NCBI GenBank assembly: GCA_010015805.1
Contig: ML978144.1
Coordinates: forward strand, 124,001-188,000
Length of the DNA: 64,000 bases
Direction of reading: 5' to 3'
DNA from: Rhizodiscina lignyota
Taxonomy: Eukaryota
The position numbers and the translations under genes were made by a program. Each line of letters begins with the position of its first letter. Positions within the stretch are counted from its first letter, which is position 1. The notes beneath the pieces were generated by a model, which made no database searches, was not told where the DNA came from, and saw nothing but the letters and a program-made list of their open reading frames with translations. Shown here in pieces: positions 34,549 to 48,182 of this stretch.

Positions 34549-37193
34549 ATGGCCGGCCGACGCCTTCTTGACGCTGCGAAGCTCTTCTCCGCTGGCAGAG
34601 CTATTGCGAAGCAGCACATCGCCCTCCGCCAATCCCAGTTCGATGTCTACACCAAAACCTCCACTCTTGCAAAGGCCGCAAAGTCTCAGACAGACCGAGT
34701 CACTTTGACTGCCCAAGCGGCAATTGCGCTTGCAAAGCGATTCAATGAGCCCGCGCCGCCCAAGGCATACGATTCTCCAACCGAACGATGGAGAGGTGGC
34801 GACGATACAATACCGAGAGCGGAGACTGTTGCTCCTGGCGAGAGTGGTTCACAGGAGAATGCGGCTGCAGAAGGTCTAAACCAAGACCATCATTATAAGA
34901 GGGACGTGAACAACGCTGCTGTCGAGCCTGTGCCACAGCAAGAGCTTGAAGTAACGCAGAAGAAGGCAGCGAAAGATGCACTACCAGATGGGACGATTCC
35001 TCCTTCAAAGCAGGATCTCAGCGCCTCGGCGCCCTCGGAAGAGGTTCTCAAGTCGAGGGATACATCAGCGCATGATCTGTCGCCAGAAGAGGCCAGACGA
35101 CTGCAGCGGCAAGCTGAAGACCAAATACCTCGCATCTTCGCGGCAGACCATGTTGGCAAAGAGACGATTGAGAATAAGGAGCTCAATCGCGAGACTCTGT
35201 CTGAGCGCATCAAGGATACAACCACAGCCTATTCTTCGCTCCCTCGCCAGAAGATACCCAAGAATACCGGAGACACTCAGGCTGGTGACGAGCATGTTGA
35301 CACTGGGCGCATCAACCAGGATGTCTACTACACAGCGCAGGGAAGGCAGGAGCAGGAGCCGATCCCGTCGAGAGAGACCATACCGCAGCAGGATGAAATG
35401 CTAGAAGGGATCAATACAGATGTATTCCACAGCCCCAGGATAGCTTCAATGCTAACCGGAAACCAAAAGAAGGGCTATGGCTTGGATCTCCGCGCTGCAA
35501 GCCGCACACCTGTTGATCACTCAAAGATAGCAGAGGGCCATGACCAAGATACGTTCAACGTGCGCTTGTCGGAACAGGACACGGCGAAGCCACCACGCGA
35601 GCAGGTGGCTCAACAATCGCATCTTGAACCATCAGAGAAGGAAATGCGGGACTTGGCTGCAGATATTGCTAAGGATGCGGAGTCGTCTGCAGCATCGTCC
35701 GAACAGAATGTAAACTCCTACACAGCAGACATAACGTGTCTTTGCTGATCCACTAACAGCGCGTGCGTAGACAACCCCAGACTCAGCTGCAATCGCTTCG
35801 TCCTCTACCCCCTATCATATGCGCGAATCTCGTGTGCCATCGTCTCGATTCGGTCGTTTCTGGCAGTTCAGTGGTCTCGCGACAAACATGGCACTCGGCG
35901 CAGTCGGAGAAGGATTTCGGCGTATCGCTGGAGCTGGTGCAGGTGCAGGTAGCTCTCTGATACTCAGCCCAGGCAACCTGGAAAGATTGGTAACAAAGTT
36001 ATCGCGAATGAGAGGAGCAGCATTGAAACTGGGACAGATGATAAGTTTTCAGGGTTGGTCTATGGTTGAGCATACCCAAATGATTTCTGCTAACTGAATG
36101 ACTAGACCTCAAAATGCTACCACCAGCCATCCATGAAGTCTTACAACGCGTCCAAGATTCTGCGGATTACATGCCCGCCTCTCAACGTGACCGCGTCCTC
36201 TCATCCAATCTTGGCTCATCCTGGCGCAAGCTCTTCTCAGTTTTTGATGAAGTCCCAATAGCTGCTGCATCTATCGGCCAAGTGCACAGAGCAGTCCTTG
36301 CTGCTACTGGCGAAGAAATTGCAGTGAAAGTACAGTACCCTGGCGTAGCCACATCCATCGATTCCGACCTCTCGAACCTTTCCTTGCTGCTTACAGCATC
36401 GCGGTTGCTTCCGAAAGGCTTGTTCTTGGATAAGACAATCGCCAACGCACGAGTAGAGTTGGCATGGGAGACGGACTACGACCGCGAAGCCGAAGCATGC
36501 ACCCGCTTCCGGGACCTTCTCGCCTCTGACAAGGCATTCGCGGTACCGCGCATCATCCCTGAAGCCTCAGGAAAGGAAGTCTTGACCGCTGAGCTGATGC
36601 ACGGTATCGGGGTCACCAAACTGAAAGGCCTTAGCCAGGACACTCGAGACTGGATAGGCACACAGATCCTGCGGCTATGTCTGCGCGAAATGACCGAGTT
36701 CAAGTTCATGCAGACAGATCCGAATTGGACTAATTTCTTATACAACGACAAAACGAAGAAGCTGGAGCTCCTTGACTTCGGCGCATCACGAGAATATCCC
36801 GATAAATTCCTCACACCTTATATACAAACTCTCATCGCTGCGTCGAGGTCGGACCACGACACTATCCGCAGCCTCTCTATACAACTAGGCTATCTCACGG
36901 GCTCGGAATCCAACGCCATGGCGAAAGCGCATGTTGAAAGCGTAATGACCCTAGCAGAACCATTTTCGCGCTCTGCACCAGAAGTGTATGATTTCCAGGA
37001 CCAGACGATCACGGATAGGGTACGTAGCCAGATCCCGCTGATGGTTAGAGAGAGGTTGGCGCCGCCGCCAGAAGAGACGTATAGCTTGCATCGGAAGCTT
37101 AGTGGCGCATTTTTGCTGTGCGCAAGGTTGGGAAGTCGGGTTAGATGTAGGGAGTTGTTCGAGAATGCGGTCGGAAAGTGGGAGGGTAGATAG
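34549..37193 (+). CDS. COQ8: Mitochondrial ABC1/COQ8 atypical kinase
   Basis: RESRVPSSRFGR, KLSRMRGAALKLGQMISFQ (KxGQ), PIAAASIGQVH, VKVQYPGV, MQTDPNWTNFLY, LLDFGA and PPPEETYSLHRKLSG. Introns at ~35710-35770 and ~36053-36105. Confidence 0.95.
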
Positions 37194-37603
37194 GGCTATC
37201 TGTGACATCTGTAGGCAAAACCTAATGACTGTAGGAATATGTATCATAGCACGGAATAGACAAAAGCGAGCTTTCTCCTTCGAAGCGACTGCATCTGTCT
37301 AGGCAGAAAAACACATTCACGTCACGTGATCCTCTCCCTCATCCACATGAAGAAGACAGACTCTGCAATTGGGGTTGGAAGGCAAAGATGCTCAAGGAAG
37401 CCCATATTTGATCCTATGCAGTATCCCTAATATGCTCGCGCCTCGAGTGGTCGCGCCAGAGTGCCTCCATCCCGCTTCCACCGTTTGAACCATTTGTATC
37501 CGTCACAGCCTCAAATCATCCATCACCCATCGCAATCGGAAACGCAGAAAATGCATCGCAAAGGTTGAGCGTCGTCAAGAAGTGAGGGAGGGAGCGAGAG
37601 AAT

Positions 37604-37929
37604 TTAGATGCCGATTCTGGTCTTGCGCCAATGTCGCCTCTTTGCGTTGTATCTATTATCACCGAAACGTTAGCCGCATTCCACCGTTTCCCTTCCGCAT
37701 GAGTCCTCGCTCAACTGATCCAACATGCCATCCGAGAACAATTGTGAGCCCGTACCTGATCGTGTTGCCGGTTCTAAGGCGAATCCATTGCGGAATTGGT
37801 CTGTTCTGCTTCTGGGCCTTGGCCAGCTTCTGCTTCGTGCGGAAGGACTTGTGGGACTATCGCGACTTTGTCAGTACTGCTGTCGATTCGATCAAGGCTT
37901 GCTCAAGCGCAGGTGAGACTTACAGGCAT
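37604..37929 (-). CDS. RPL39: 60S ribosomal protein L39 (eL39)
   Basis: Three exons (37929-37924, 37856-37756, 37652-37604) give [51 protein letters not shown]. It is missed by the ORF track. Confidence 0.97.
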
Positions 37930-38799
37930 TGTGACTGATGCCTTGCGATGCGGGATATGTGGTGTCGTTGATGTTTCGATTGAAGTGTGCTCGCTTAAGG
38001 GCGCTCAAACGAATTTGAAGATGCCAAGAAGTGGAGTGTGCGCTTATGTCAGCCAACGCCAAGCCATATCCTTTCCAAGCCCAACCCCAAGTCTACAGCT
38101 CCTGAGAACAGGAACAGGGACAATATCGATTTATTGTTTCTTTGGCAATTCTTAATCGAATATATCGATCATGAGACCTTTCAAATTTCAGTGCACATGA
38201 AGATCATCGACCTGGACTCGCAGGACGCGGCAGTCCTTTCACCAAGACTCCAGCCACTCGTATTGGGTTTCTCTAAAGAGGGTATCACGACTAAATCTAC
38301 TGTTCGATAGACGTCATCTCGTTGTTAAAGAGCTGGCTAGCGAGGAGCATGTGGTACTTAGTCACTTCAGGCAGTCTCTTATCAGTTAACGATGTTACGA
38401 AGGACTTTCATTCAGTATTATTTCAACGCTAATGCTACGATACGTTGCCTCTATATAAAAGTTGAGATCGAAGTCCAGATCGCCTCCCAAGTATGTGTAC
38501 CAGCGCTCATCCCGAACCAGCGGGACGCCCATGAGACATTCGTGAGCCGTTAGATATGTGCGCCATGCTAAGGGACTAACCAAATTGTACGAGTCCAGAT
38601 GTGTCGAAGAAGCAACGCTAATCGTAATGTCATGAGGATTGACGCTCTCGCGAGCTGTTGTAAGATCTATGTCGGAATTATTGATGGCCGTATTCACACC
38701 GGAGCAGTATCGAATCCCGAGCCGATTTTGCGACCATCAAAATCAGAATCCAGGCGCCTTTGTGCCAACGTCTCTCTCTGCAACGCCGTTCTCCGGCTA

Positions 38800-39522
38800 C
38801 TATTCCTTGTAGCGATAGTCTGGCACGCTGCTCCGGCTCCTCCTCCCTCCATCCACCTCCCTCAGCGCCCGTCTTGAATCCTGACTCCTCTCCTTTCTCT
38901 TCGCATACTCGCGTCCGCCAACGCCACCCAATATCAAACCCCCTATTGTACCCAGACCAGGGAAAATCGCATCGCCGATGATCGCGCCGCCGCCCGCGCC
39001 CAGGAACGTGTCCATGTCCTTGTGCGAACCGCGATGGTGCTGCCTGTGCTTTCGCTCGTCGGTGTATCCCCTATCGCGTGAGAATCCCCGGTCGCGGGAC
39101 GAGTGTGAGTGCCCACGCTCGCGGGAGCGGGAGCGCGACCTTGAGCGCGAGGGGGAGTCTGACTCGTCAGAGTCATAGTCGTCATGGTGATGGTGATGAT
39201 GTCTGTGTTCGGCTGGAGGAGAGGAATAGGAGCGAGCAGGCTTCAGTGGACTGCCATCGTAACCTTGGCCTGGCGGTCGCAGCTGTTGCGAGCTGTTTGG
39301 AGGAGGAGTGAAGTATGGCTTCTGCCCTTGCTGCGAGCTGGGTCGCTGTTGAGGCGAACCGCTATATGGCCCCGGTGAGTATGGGGGTGGCGCGGAGGAG
39401 GGAGCGAAGGAAGGAGGTCGTTGCTGAGGCTGCTGGTAGGGAGTGGGTCGCTGTTGAGGATACGACGGTGCTGGTCCTTGGGACGCAGAGGAGAAACTGT
39501 TGTAGTATTCTTGCGCAGCCAT
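38800..39522 (-). CDS. Pro/Gln- and Ser/Arg-rich protein with a C-terminal glycine-zipper 2TM-like segment
   Basis: MAAQEYYN start, PQ-rich region, poly-His, RS repeats, then FLGAGGGAIIGDAIFPGLGTIGGLILGGVGG. Confidence 0.8.
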   Translation of the reverse strand: MAAQEYYNSFSSASQGPAPSYPQQRPTPYQQPQQRPPSFAPSSAPPPYSPGPYSGSPQQRPSSQQGQKPYFTPPPNSSQQLRPPGQGYDGSPLKPARSYSSPPAEHRHHHHHHDDYDSDESDSPSRSRSRSRSRERGHSHSSRDRGFSRDRGYTDERKHRQHHRGSHKDMDTFLGAGGGAIIGDAIFPGLGTIGGLILGGVGGREYAKRKERSQDSRRALREVDGGRRSRSSVPDYRYKE

Positions 39523-40559
39523 TCTTGCCGTCAATTCGAGTGCGGTGATGTCTCAGAGAGCGGACGTGAGTGTGGAGAGGATGACGGCCTTTTGAATGTG
39601 CGCGATGGGCTGAAAAGTACCCCGCTTACGTCACGCCCGACCGAGTGTAGGCGCATGATGGAGATGCAAGATGTGATGTGGTGGCAAAGCGTTAAAGTTA
39701 GAAAACAGTCACCAAGCCTACCAGGCGGTCAGCAGCCCTGACAAGACCTGACCAGAAGGGCTCCGGTGACCACTCGGTTGCTTCGGCAGGGCAGCGCTGG
39801 GTGCGAGTGGGTACGATGAATCCGCCGAATCTACGCGAGACGCACCGCTAAGGCACATCAGCTGCCATCACGTAAGTGATGTGCATGCATGACCTCGAAA
39901 ATTCCGGACGGAGGAACAGTTTTTCTTCATCTGGTCCGTCGTCTTAATACAGATTGCCCTTCCAACGTCACTGCTATGCCTTGCTCCAGGCCATCGCTTC
40001 CCGAACGGCGATGAATCATGAACCGTGGCCTGGATTGAAGGGCCGGTCAGTTCAATTGCTCCGCTGCCACAATGTCCAGACTTCAGAGCTTTTGTTCGAT
40101 TGCCTAGCGGATCCACTCGGCGTGCAGCAGCTCCATTTTGATTATCAAGTTCTCTCGCAATTGGATAATTACTCACTAAGCGTCCCGAGCCCTGGGCTTT
40201 AGTTTGATGCTTCTGGATCCTTCTGATGATACTCCGTACGGTGGTCAACGGCTTCGAGCCCACGACTGTCTTCACGGAAGTGTTTCCACTTCCGGCTGAG
40301 TATTCATTCGACATCGTATATACTATAGGTGAAAATTTGAATTTCCTGACTCTCTTTTTCCAAGGCATATTCGAGGAGTGCCTTACGTAGGTAGCCTTCG
40401 CTGGCGATCACGTGGAGGTACAGCATAGGGGACAAGTATATCATTTTGGCAACTGTTCTTTTTCCTCCGTTCTGGATTCCTCGGTCAATCAATTCTCTTT
40501 CTGTCTTAAACTTCCTCATTCTAAATTTTAGGATAACTTACACAGACAGCGTCATATTT

Positions 40560-40912
40560 ATGTCGACTACCTCGAGCAAACCCATGTTCCGCTTCCTCAA
40601 CCACGGTGCAGAGCTTCGAGAGCGCATCTACGAGTCCAATCCGGGAAATGGAGCTCTTGGGGACTCGGATGACAATCAAGTTTGTAGTTGCGCAACATTT
40701 TCAAGACAGAACGAGGCAACGTACTGGCGCATAGTGATAGTCCGTCTATGCCGGGACTACTAACGCCTAGCCAGAAAGTCACATTTGGAATAGACTTAAG
40801 GCCTGGAGTATGCTCATATTGGTTAAGCTGGTACGGTGGTTTGAGGAAGTGGGGAAAGAGGACGACAGCGAAGTTGAGAGTGGCGAGAAGGGCGGCGATG
40901 TTATCGTTGTGA
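40560..40912 (+). pseudogene. Probable degraded F-box/2EXR-like hypothetical gene fragment
   Basis: MSTTSSKPMFRFLNHGAELRERIYE resembles the N-terminal FRLLDLPxExRxxIYE motif of the neighbouring gene. The frame is then lost. Confidence 0.4.
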
Positions 40913-41399
40913 AAAGCTTGGAAGCAGCCTAGTGAAAATGGAGAGCTTGTTGAAAGTACTTTGGAGCATTAAATCGGTGGTGTTGTTGAGAGTAGACGTA
41001 TGCGTCTGTGATAATTGCTTTGTTATGGCTCAACGTATGGTATTGGAAGCTGCAATGAATATTCTTTCCGAATCAATACAGGTTACAATCATTAAGTGAA
41101 TTGTCTTCGCGACTGCTGCCTAAAGCATGTTGAATGCAGCTTTTAGAGACGTCATTATTGCTCATTGGCCAGAGCTTTACCACTCCCAATCTTAACCTTT
41201 CCTTCCAACTGCGGCATGGTTCTTTTCTCTTTACAACCTACACAACATTGCAGTATTGCGCAACTTCAAACCTTTCGCACAGCAATTCAGATTTTAGCAA
41301 GTATAATCTTTTCCTCGTGTGAATTATGTTTAACCAGCTCCACTTACCTGCTATCAAGCTCGCCGACCTGTTACGCTCTCTTCTGAGCGCCAGGCCGGC

Positions 41400-42104
41400 A
41401 TGGGTAACTCACAGTCAAAGGTCACGCCGTTCAGGCTCCTCGATCTGCCTGTCGAAGTCCGCCTGGGCATCTACGAGTTCGACCTCTACAATCACCTCGA
41501 GAGCGTCAATCACAATTATATTCATGAATTTCTCTACGAAGATGTTGTTATTGCCCGCATGGGCTGTGAGAAGCAGCCGCCTATCACAAGTGTCTGTCGA
41601 CAGCTCCGCTCTGAGGCCCTTCCGCTATATTATAGCAAGACCAAGTTCTGGGTCCCAATCCTCGCCCGCAACTTGGTTACGTATCCGTATCTTGACGATT
41701 CTGATCGCTGGTTTTCGAGAATTGGTCCGCAGAACCGTTCGATGCTCCGACACATATCGATGCCGGTGCGATTCGACCTTGCGTCCATATTCAATTTTGG
41801 AGACTGGGACCCACCTGTGGTGTTGATTGCGAAGCTTTCCGAGTCGCAAATTACAATCACCATCGCAAGCGAGTACAGGTTACTGCCAGGGTTTAAGGCG
41901 GAGTACCGGCGCACGGTCGAATATTTCGTACGCGAAGTCCAGTTCCAGAAAACTGCTTTCGACGGAAACGACCTCATCGCCCTAACAAAGCATCTTCGCT
42001 GTTCTTGGCCAGATCTCGAAACATGGGTCAATATCAGCACACACATGTCACTGATGGAGGAGGTCACGCTTTCAATAACATTGAAGTCTGAAGTGCTCCA
42101 GTGA
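41400..42104 (+). CDS. Hypothetical protein with an F-box-like/2EXR-like N-terminus
   Basis: PFRLLDLPVEVRLGIYEF...QPPITSVCRQLRSEALPLYYS...WFSRIG, a widespread Pezizomycotina motif set. Confidence 0.8.
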   Translation: MGNSQSKVTPFRLLDLPVEVRLGIYEFDLYNHLESVNHNYIHEFLYEDVVIARMGCEKQPPITSVCRQLRSEALPLYYSKTKFWVPILARNLVTYPYLDDSDRWFSRIGPQNRSMLRHISMPVRFDLASIFNFGDWDPPVVLIAKLSESQITITIASEYRLLPGFKAEYRRTVEYFVREVQFQKTAFDGNDLIALTKHLRCSWPDLETWVNISTHMSLMEEVTLSITLKSEVLQ

Positions 42105-42594
42105 ACAAGATTATTCGAGGAGTTATCGAAAGCAAAGAAACGAGGCAGCGAAGTAAATGGACCTGATTAGATTGCTTGAGGAACACAAGAAGAAGAATAA
42201 GAATGAGGTGACTGGCACGACTCGGATTACAGGATATGCCTGACAGAAATTGTCTCAAAGATGGGTGCAGTGGTGATACAAAGGCACATGGGAACTCGGA
42301 AAGCGAAGGCGAGAGGATTTGCTACCGGTGCCAATGAAGACACCAGCCTAACGAGGGCTCTACTTCTGGCCCATTAGTGAAGTTGGCTTAGAAAGGAATA
42401 ACATACGAATCAGGTCCTTTCCAAACACATCAAGTGAGAGTTGACGCATTGTGCTCATGATCTATCATCTCCAGTAAACCGTGACTGACGCGCCTACCGG
42501 TAACCGTGCTGCTAGCGCTACTGAGTAACTTGACGTATTGTTTAGCGTCCTTCTCTACTGAAGAGGCCTCGAGTATCATTCCCTTCCTCCAACT

Positions 42595-45500
42595 TCAAGC
42601 GTATTGCAACCGACTCTTTGTCCACCCGGGCTGCAGCCCTAATTTCGACCCGTCCCTTGGAATATCATATCCCGTAGTGTACTTCGCATACGCAAACAAC
42701 TCTACGCTCTCCAACTTCGCCCCAGCAGAGCTCATACTCCACAAGCTCACGGCAATCCTGTTCTTCCCATTCAAATTGATAATGCCGGGCGGAATCGGGA
42801 ACCGCGTCTGCGGCCCAATATGCGGTACATACTTTCCAAACTGATATCCATTCACAAACAACTGTACACTTGCCACTGTCCCGTTGGCCGCGTCAAACTC
42901 GATACCCAGGGGGACGTCAAGGTCGGTGTCGATGTCGAGCGAAACATCTGCGATATACCAGTTCACGCCAGCACCAGAGACGCCATCAACAGGACTTCCG
43001 GATCTCCACTTGCTCGCATCAAACCCAGGAAGGTGCCAGCCGAGCCGTTCGCCGTACAGACCACCTTCGTTGAGCGGCCCGCGCATCGGGTCGATGTATG
43101 CTTGATCGCCGCCTGCCTGGCCTTGAATCTTCCAGCTCGTGAAGTTCAGCGTGGTATTACCATCGTACAGCCAGGCACCCAGGATCCCGCGCGGGTTTTC
43201 GGCGCCTGCGGGACCTGTTGAGGTTTCGTCGTGCCCATGGTCTGCGCTAAATTAGTAAAATTGTATCAGAATCTAATGAGCAAGGGACTTACAATCCGTG
43301 ACAACGGTCAAAACGTTGTCCGTGCTGTAAAGAGTTGCCTTGGAGAAATCTAGCAATACCCAGTTTGCGTTCACTGTTGCATTGCCGGCGTAACCTCCAA
43401 CAAATTCACCATTCAGCCACGCGCTCCAGCCAGCAGCAGTGCCTCCCTGAACAGTAATGTTGGCAGCAGTAGGGTTCTTGCCATTAAATCTCCCTCGATA
43501 GATCTTGATGCCACTGTAGTATCCATAATCGGAACTGAACAACACTGGAAGAGTAAGCGGCGCGACAGGAGACTTGGTGGTAGTATGGTTTGCAGTGGTC
43601 CATTTGGAGTCGTCATACGATCTCTGTTTCTCCGGGAGAGAATCGGCAACTTTCCACTGCAGCTCTGGAAGCTTTACGTTCCGGGCCTGGGCGCCAGGGA
43701 GCGATGCCGTGAGCGAGCCGTAGGGAGTCTTCTTTGTACTGAGATGCTTCCCATTCCAAGAAATTGTGTTTGCGCTGCCGCCAGCGTACACTTCGATGGT
43801 TGTGTCGTTCTGGTTGTCGCCGACAACAGAAACGATGTCGCCCTGCACTGATGCACTGCGGACGAGGTAAGGACCAATGGCAAAGATTTGCTCGTCAGGC
43901 TGGACGTTGGGATCTGTTGTCGTAGCGGGTGCGTAGAAATCATAAGCTGTGGCTTTCTCAAGCATATATACCGTAACTCCATTTGAGAACGTAACGACTG
44001 ATTGGCCTGATGGCTGAACATAAGTGCTGCAAGGAGGATTAGCTATCATAATAGGACTACTGTGGATAAACTCACTATCGCGTGAACGCCTCCTTGGAAG
44101 CTTTTGTCCCCTTGAAGGATGCACTTGCGCCGTATGTCTTGTACGAAACGGATCCTTTAGATGATTTGAAAGCAAACTCGCCGGTCTCGCCTTCGTTCAA
44201 GTAGAAGACGACGACAGTCTGTTTGCCGAAGATTCCGTAGGTCAAGATCTCCGCTGACGAGTAGAGTAAGGTTGAACTTCCAATGGCAAAGTCTGATACA
44301 ATGATCCGACTCTGACGGCCTTGAAGCTCTATTTTTGGGACAGTCACGTTCCCGGCAGAAGTAACTAAGGTGATTGCGAACGTGGTCGTGTCTCGCGTCT
44401 CAGAGTTGGTATGATCAGCAAAATAGAACCCAGCATGTGTATCTGGATTTCGGAGAACGAAAGTGTAAACCGCAGTAGTATCGACTGCATTCCCAGATCC
44501 GTTACTTTCCATGTACGTCTTTCGTAGCCCAGTCGAGACTCTCGTAAAAAGCCCAACGAGCTTCATCTGTCGGAACTTGTCGCGAATCTCTCGTGTCTCT
44601 CGGAGTGGTGCATCGTAATCATAGCTCGTAAATACCACAGGCGCAGCGCTGTGGCCCCAGTTGGTGCCACCGTACGTCATGTACAGATTGAAGAGCGTAA
44701 CGCGCTGACCAAGAAGGGTCTTGTAGAACACATCGGCGTACTCGGGAGCCAAATAAGTTCCAACGCACTGATCGAAGAACGGGCCTCCCCAGGGTTCAAA
44801 CCATCCGCCAGCATATTCTGGGATGAATTCAGGCTGCGTGAACGAGTAGTTCTGGAACCATTGGTAGAATGTACGAATGACATCGAAGCCCACGTCCGGT
44901 TCGAGACAAGACAGACCGCCAGGATACGAATCGAGGCCGTAGACATTGACAGCTCCTCCGACATCCTCGAAGTCAGTGCTCCAGCTCTCCGATCGCATGC
45001 CTTTCTCGTTGGAGAAAAAGGGCACGACAATCCCGGTGTCTCTCCAGGCTTGCTCGATCTGCTCCATGTATACAACCAAAGTGTTGTCAGGCGAATGATC
45101 GGTCTCTTGGAGCTCATTTTCGATCTGATTCATGATGACAGGGCCTCCGTTTGTGATCTGATTCTTTTCCAAGACTGCGCCGATTGCCTTTATCCACGGA
45201 AGCCAAGCTTGGTGGTAAGTCTCGTCGGATGTTCTCAATTTACCTGCCGAGCCATCGCTCCCCCACAATGCAATGCCACCAGCGTTGGTCTCAGCATTGC
45301 AGTACGGTCCTGGTCGTGTGAGGACGTAGAGCCCTGCCTCCTTCGCATAGTCGAGAACTTTCTGGATATTCTTGCCTCCTGTCTCAAGATCATACACGTC
45401 CGGAGATGGTGAGTGATAGGACCAGAAGAAATAGATGCTGTATTCTGAATCAGCAATCGGAAGCAATGTAATCGACTCGGGACATACCTGATTGCATTCA

Positions 45501-45726
45501 TGCCATTAGCTTTGATCTTTTGAAAAACGTCTAGCCACAGCTCTGGCACAGGGAGTCGCTGGTAGTGAAACTCGCCGGATACAACGAAGACACGCTCATT
45601 CTTGACAATCAAGCTGTACTCGTCCCATTGCACAACATCAGTCAACCCTGTGCTGTTAGCTGCGAGCGCCGCAGTGGTACAACATAGCCAGAGAGAAATA
45701 ATATGAAGGAACGGAGAGAGAAACAT
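42595..45726 (-). CDS. Secreted GH35 beta-galactosidase (lacB-type)
   Basis: Signal peptide, then VQWDEYSL...SGEFHYQRLPVPELWLDVFQKIKANG, RPGPYCNAETNAGG, QIENE, GLDSYP, PEYAGGWF, LYMTYGGTNWG, TSYDYDAPL and RGPLNEGGLYGERLGWHLPG. Introns near 45440-45490, 44030-44080 and 43240-43290. Confidence 0.95.
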
Positions 45727-46613
45727 CGTGAAAATGCGGGACGAGAGGTCGAAGCTGCACTCTTACCGTGATGTCAGCCATCAGCGCTTCTTATGAGTTG
45801 CGTATGTGTTCCAAGGCACGTCGTCCGCATCTCTGGATATTCCGCCAATACGAGGCACATCATTTAGAGCACTGTTCGATTGGGAAGATCAAGAATATGC
45901 AGGTACGATATGCACAAGAACGTGAGATGCTTCGGTGGCAGATGCGCCGACAAACTATATTTTAGAACAGCGACCTTTGGGCAAAGCTAGTGGATTGCAT
46001 CCAGGGTAACAGGCTGTTTTCTCGCGCGGAAAAATTGTGTGAACGCCAGAGCGGGGTCTGAAGAGATCGACGCTCGTCGGCTTCCCGTTTCTATCTTGAC
46101 GAGCCTCATCCTCGAATGACGAATTTAGCATGCTGGAGGCCATTCACCCGAATGCTGGCGGAGTAGATTTGCTGTTTCGATGGCAGACGCGCGAAATTGA
46201 CACGCTGCTAAAATTGGAATGCGATCTAACCTCATTTGGGCTAACGCGTAGACACGCGAGCATTTCGGAAGCTCATCTTCCTGTCTCCATCTGCACTGAT
46301 GAGAGCGCAATCAATAAAGCGCAGTTTGAACTTGCCGAACCCATAGACGACGTTGCTGAAGCATTGCAAGGCTTTTGTTGCTTTGAACAGGAATTCTATG
46401 AATCCGACGTCGCTGTTCATGAATGAGTGGATGGCCGAGGTCGGAGTCGCGGATCCTCTCCGACCGGACGCTTTGTATCTCACGCGCTGCTCATATTGAC
46501 TCTGTACTTCTTCAGCATTGATTGAGCTAGGATTGGTTCAGAGCAGGCCGCTTCTGCTCTTACCTCATGTTCGCTGTTGAGCTCAATTGATTCCATTCTC
46601 AAAGCTGTTCAGC

Positions 46614-47903
46614 ATGCAAAGTCTATTATCCTCCTCATCTAGTTCTGTCGCTTCAATGCAGTCATTTCAATTTGCCCTCTGTCGATCATCTTCTCAGAAA
46701 GTATATCAGCGCTTCTCACAGCTTATCTATCATGGCATTCGATACTCAAGTACAACAGCGAAAACGCAACCCTTAAAAGGCATCACGGTGGTCGCAATTG
46801 AGCAAGCAGTCGCCGCTCCATTCTGTACACGCCAACTTGCCGATCTCGGTGCGCGCGTTATCAAGATCGAACGACCAGGTCAAGGAGATTTCAATCGGCA
46901 CCACGACGACCGTGTCAATGGGCTCTGCTCGCATTTCGTATGGACCAACCGCTCAAAGGAGAGTCTGGCACTGGATTTGAAGAAACCTGAAGACTTGTCA
47001 ATTCTCAAGCAACTGATCGAGCGAAGAGCGGATGTTGTGGTGCAAAATCTTGCTCCTGGAGCAACCGCACGAATGGGGCTGTCGTACGAGCAGTTAAGCA
47101 AAACAAAGCCCAGCATCATCGTTTGCGATATCTCCGGCTACGGCTCCGATGGCTCTTACAGAGACAAGAAAGCCTATGATCTGCTCATCCAGAGCGAGGC
47201 TGGTTTCCTCTCAGTGACCGGATCCCCTGGCCATCCGGCCAAGGCTGGATGCAGCATTTCGGATATTGCGGCGGGCATGTATGGACTCACCAACATTTTG
47301 ACGGCGCTCTTCCATAGAGCAAATACTGGGAAAGGCTGCCATATCGACGTCTCGATGCTGGAGAGCACAGTCGAGTGGATGAGTTTTCCAATGTACTACG
47401 CTTTTAACGGCGCACCGGCACCGGCGATGGCAGGCGCTGCCCACGCCAGCATATATCCATACGGACCCTTCGTTGCTGGAGACAACAAATCTGTGATGTT
47501 GGGTATGCAGAATGACCGCGAATGGGTGTCGTTCTGTGAGCATGCGCTCGAACAGCCTTCTTTGGCAAGAGATCCGAGATTCGACACCACAGCTCTACGA
47601 TCAGCGAATCGAGATTTGCTCAAGCAAATCATTGAGCAAGCATTTGCGAAGCTTTCTGTAGAAGAAGTTGTTGCCAGGCTCGACAAGGCAAAGATTGCAA
47701 ATGCGAAGGTGAACACAATGGCGGATATCTGGGCTCACCCGCAGCTTAAAGAGAGGCAACGGTGGAAAGAAGTCGATTCAGCTGTTGGCGCAATACCTGC
47801 ATTGATTCCACCGGGCCTGCCGGAGAGCTTTGAGGCGAGGATGGATCCGATTCCAACGGTTGGCCAGCATAACGAAAAGATACTTGCAGAACTCAAGGAG
47901 TGA
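46614..47903 (+). CDS. Family III (CaiB/BaiF) CoA-transferase, probably mitochondrial
   Basis: PLKGITVVAIEQAVAAPFCTRQLADLGARVIKIERP, NRSKESLALDLK, ADVVVQNLAPGA, KKAYDLLIQSEAG and SISDIAAGMY (catalytic Asp). The presequence is Ser/Arg-rich. An alternative ATG lies at 46656. Confidence 0.92.
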   Translation: MQSLLSSSSSSVASMQSFQFALCRSSSQKVYQRFSQLIYHGIRYSSTTAKTQPLKGITVVAIEQAVAAPFCTRQLADLGARVIKIERPGQGDFNRHHDDRVNGLCSHFVWTNRSKESLALDLKKPEDLSILKQLIERRADVVVQNLAPGATARMGLSYEQLSKTKPSIIVCDISGYGSDGSYRDKKAYDLLIQSEAGFLSVTGSPGHPAKAGCSISDIAAGMYGLTNILTALFHRANTGKGCHIDVSMLESTVEWMSFPMYYAFNGAPAPAMAGAAHASIYPYGPFVAGDNKSVMLGMQNDREWVSFCEHALEQPSLARDPRFDTTALRSANRDLLKQIIEQAFAKLSVEEVVARLDKAKIANAKVNTMADIWAHPQLKERQRWKEVDSAVGAIPALIPPGLPESFEARMDPIPTVGQHNEKILAELKE

Positions 47904-48182
47904 AAATGACGTTCAAAACGATTCTACTTACTAGCATAGACGGCGCTCCTATGATACCATTGTATCTCACACACAATTCAACGCCTCATCATCCACATAG
48001 CTCACACATCCTTCGATTTGGACTAATGAGAGGGAACTATGAATTTGGATTACTGAACATGAAATATCGAAGCTTAGAGGTCAGATTTTGGCTTTATTCA
48101 TTAGCCTCGTGCGGATTCTGGGTGCTCTCACCGAGGAGAGGCACTTTGAGGCCCAATGTAGAAAAATGGTAGCATATGCATC

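Noticed and set aside
44651..45412. Long antisense ORFs (e.g. 253 aa here; also 467-982, 15537-16073, 30017-30526)
   Set aside because: They are shadows of real genes on the opposite strand caused by codon bias.
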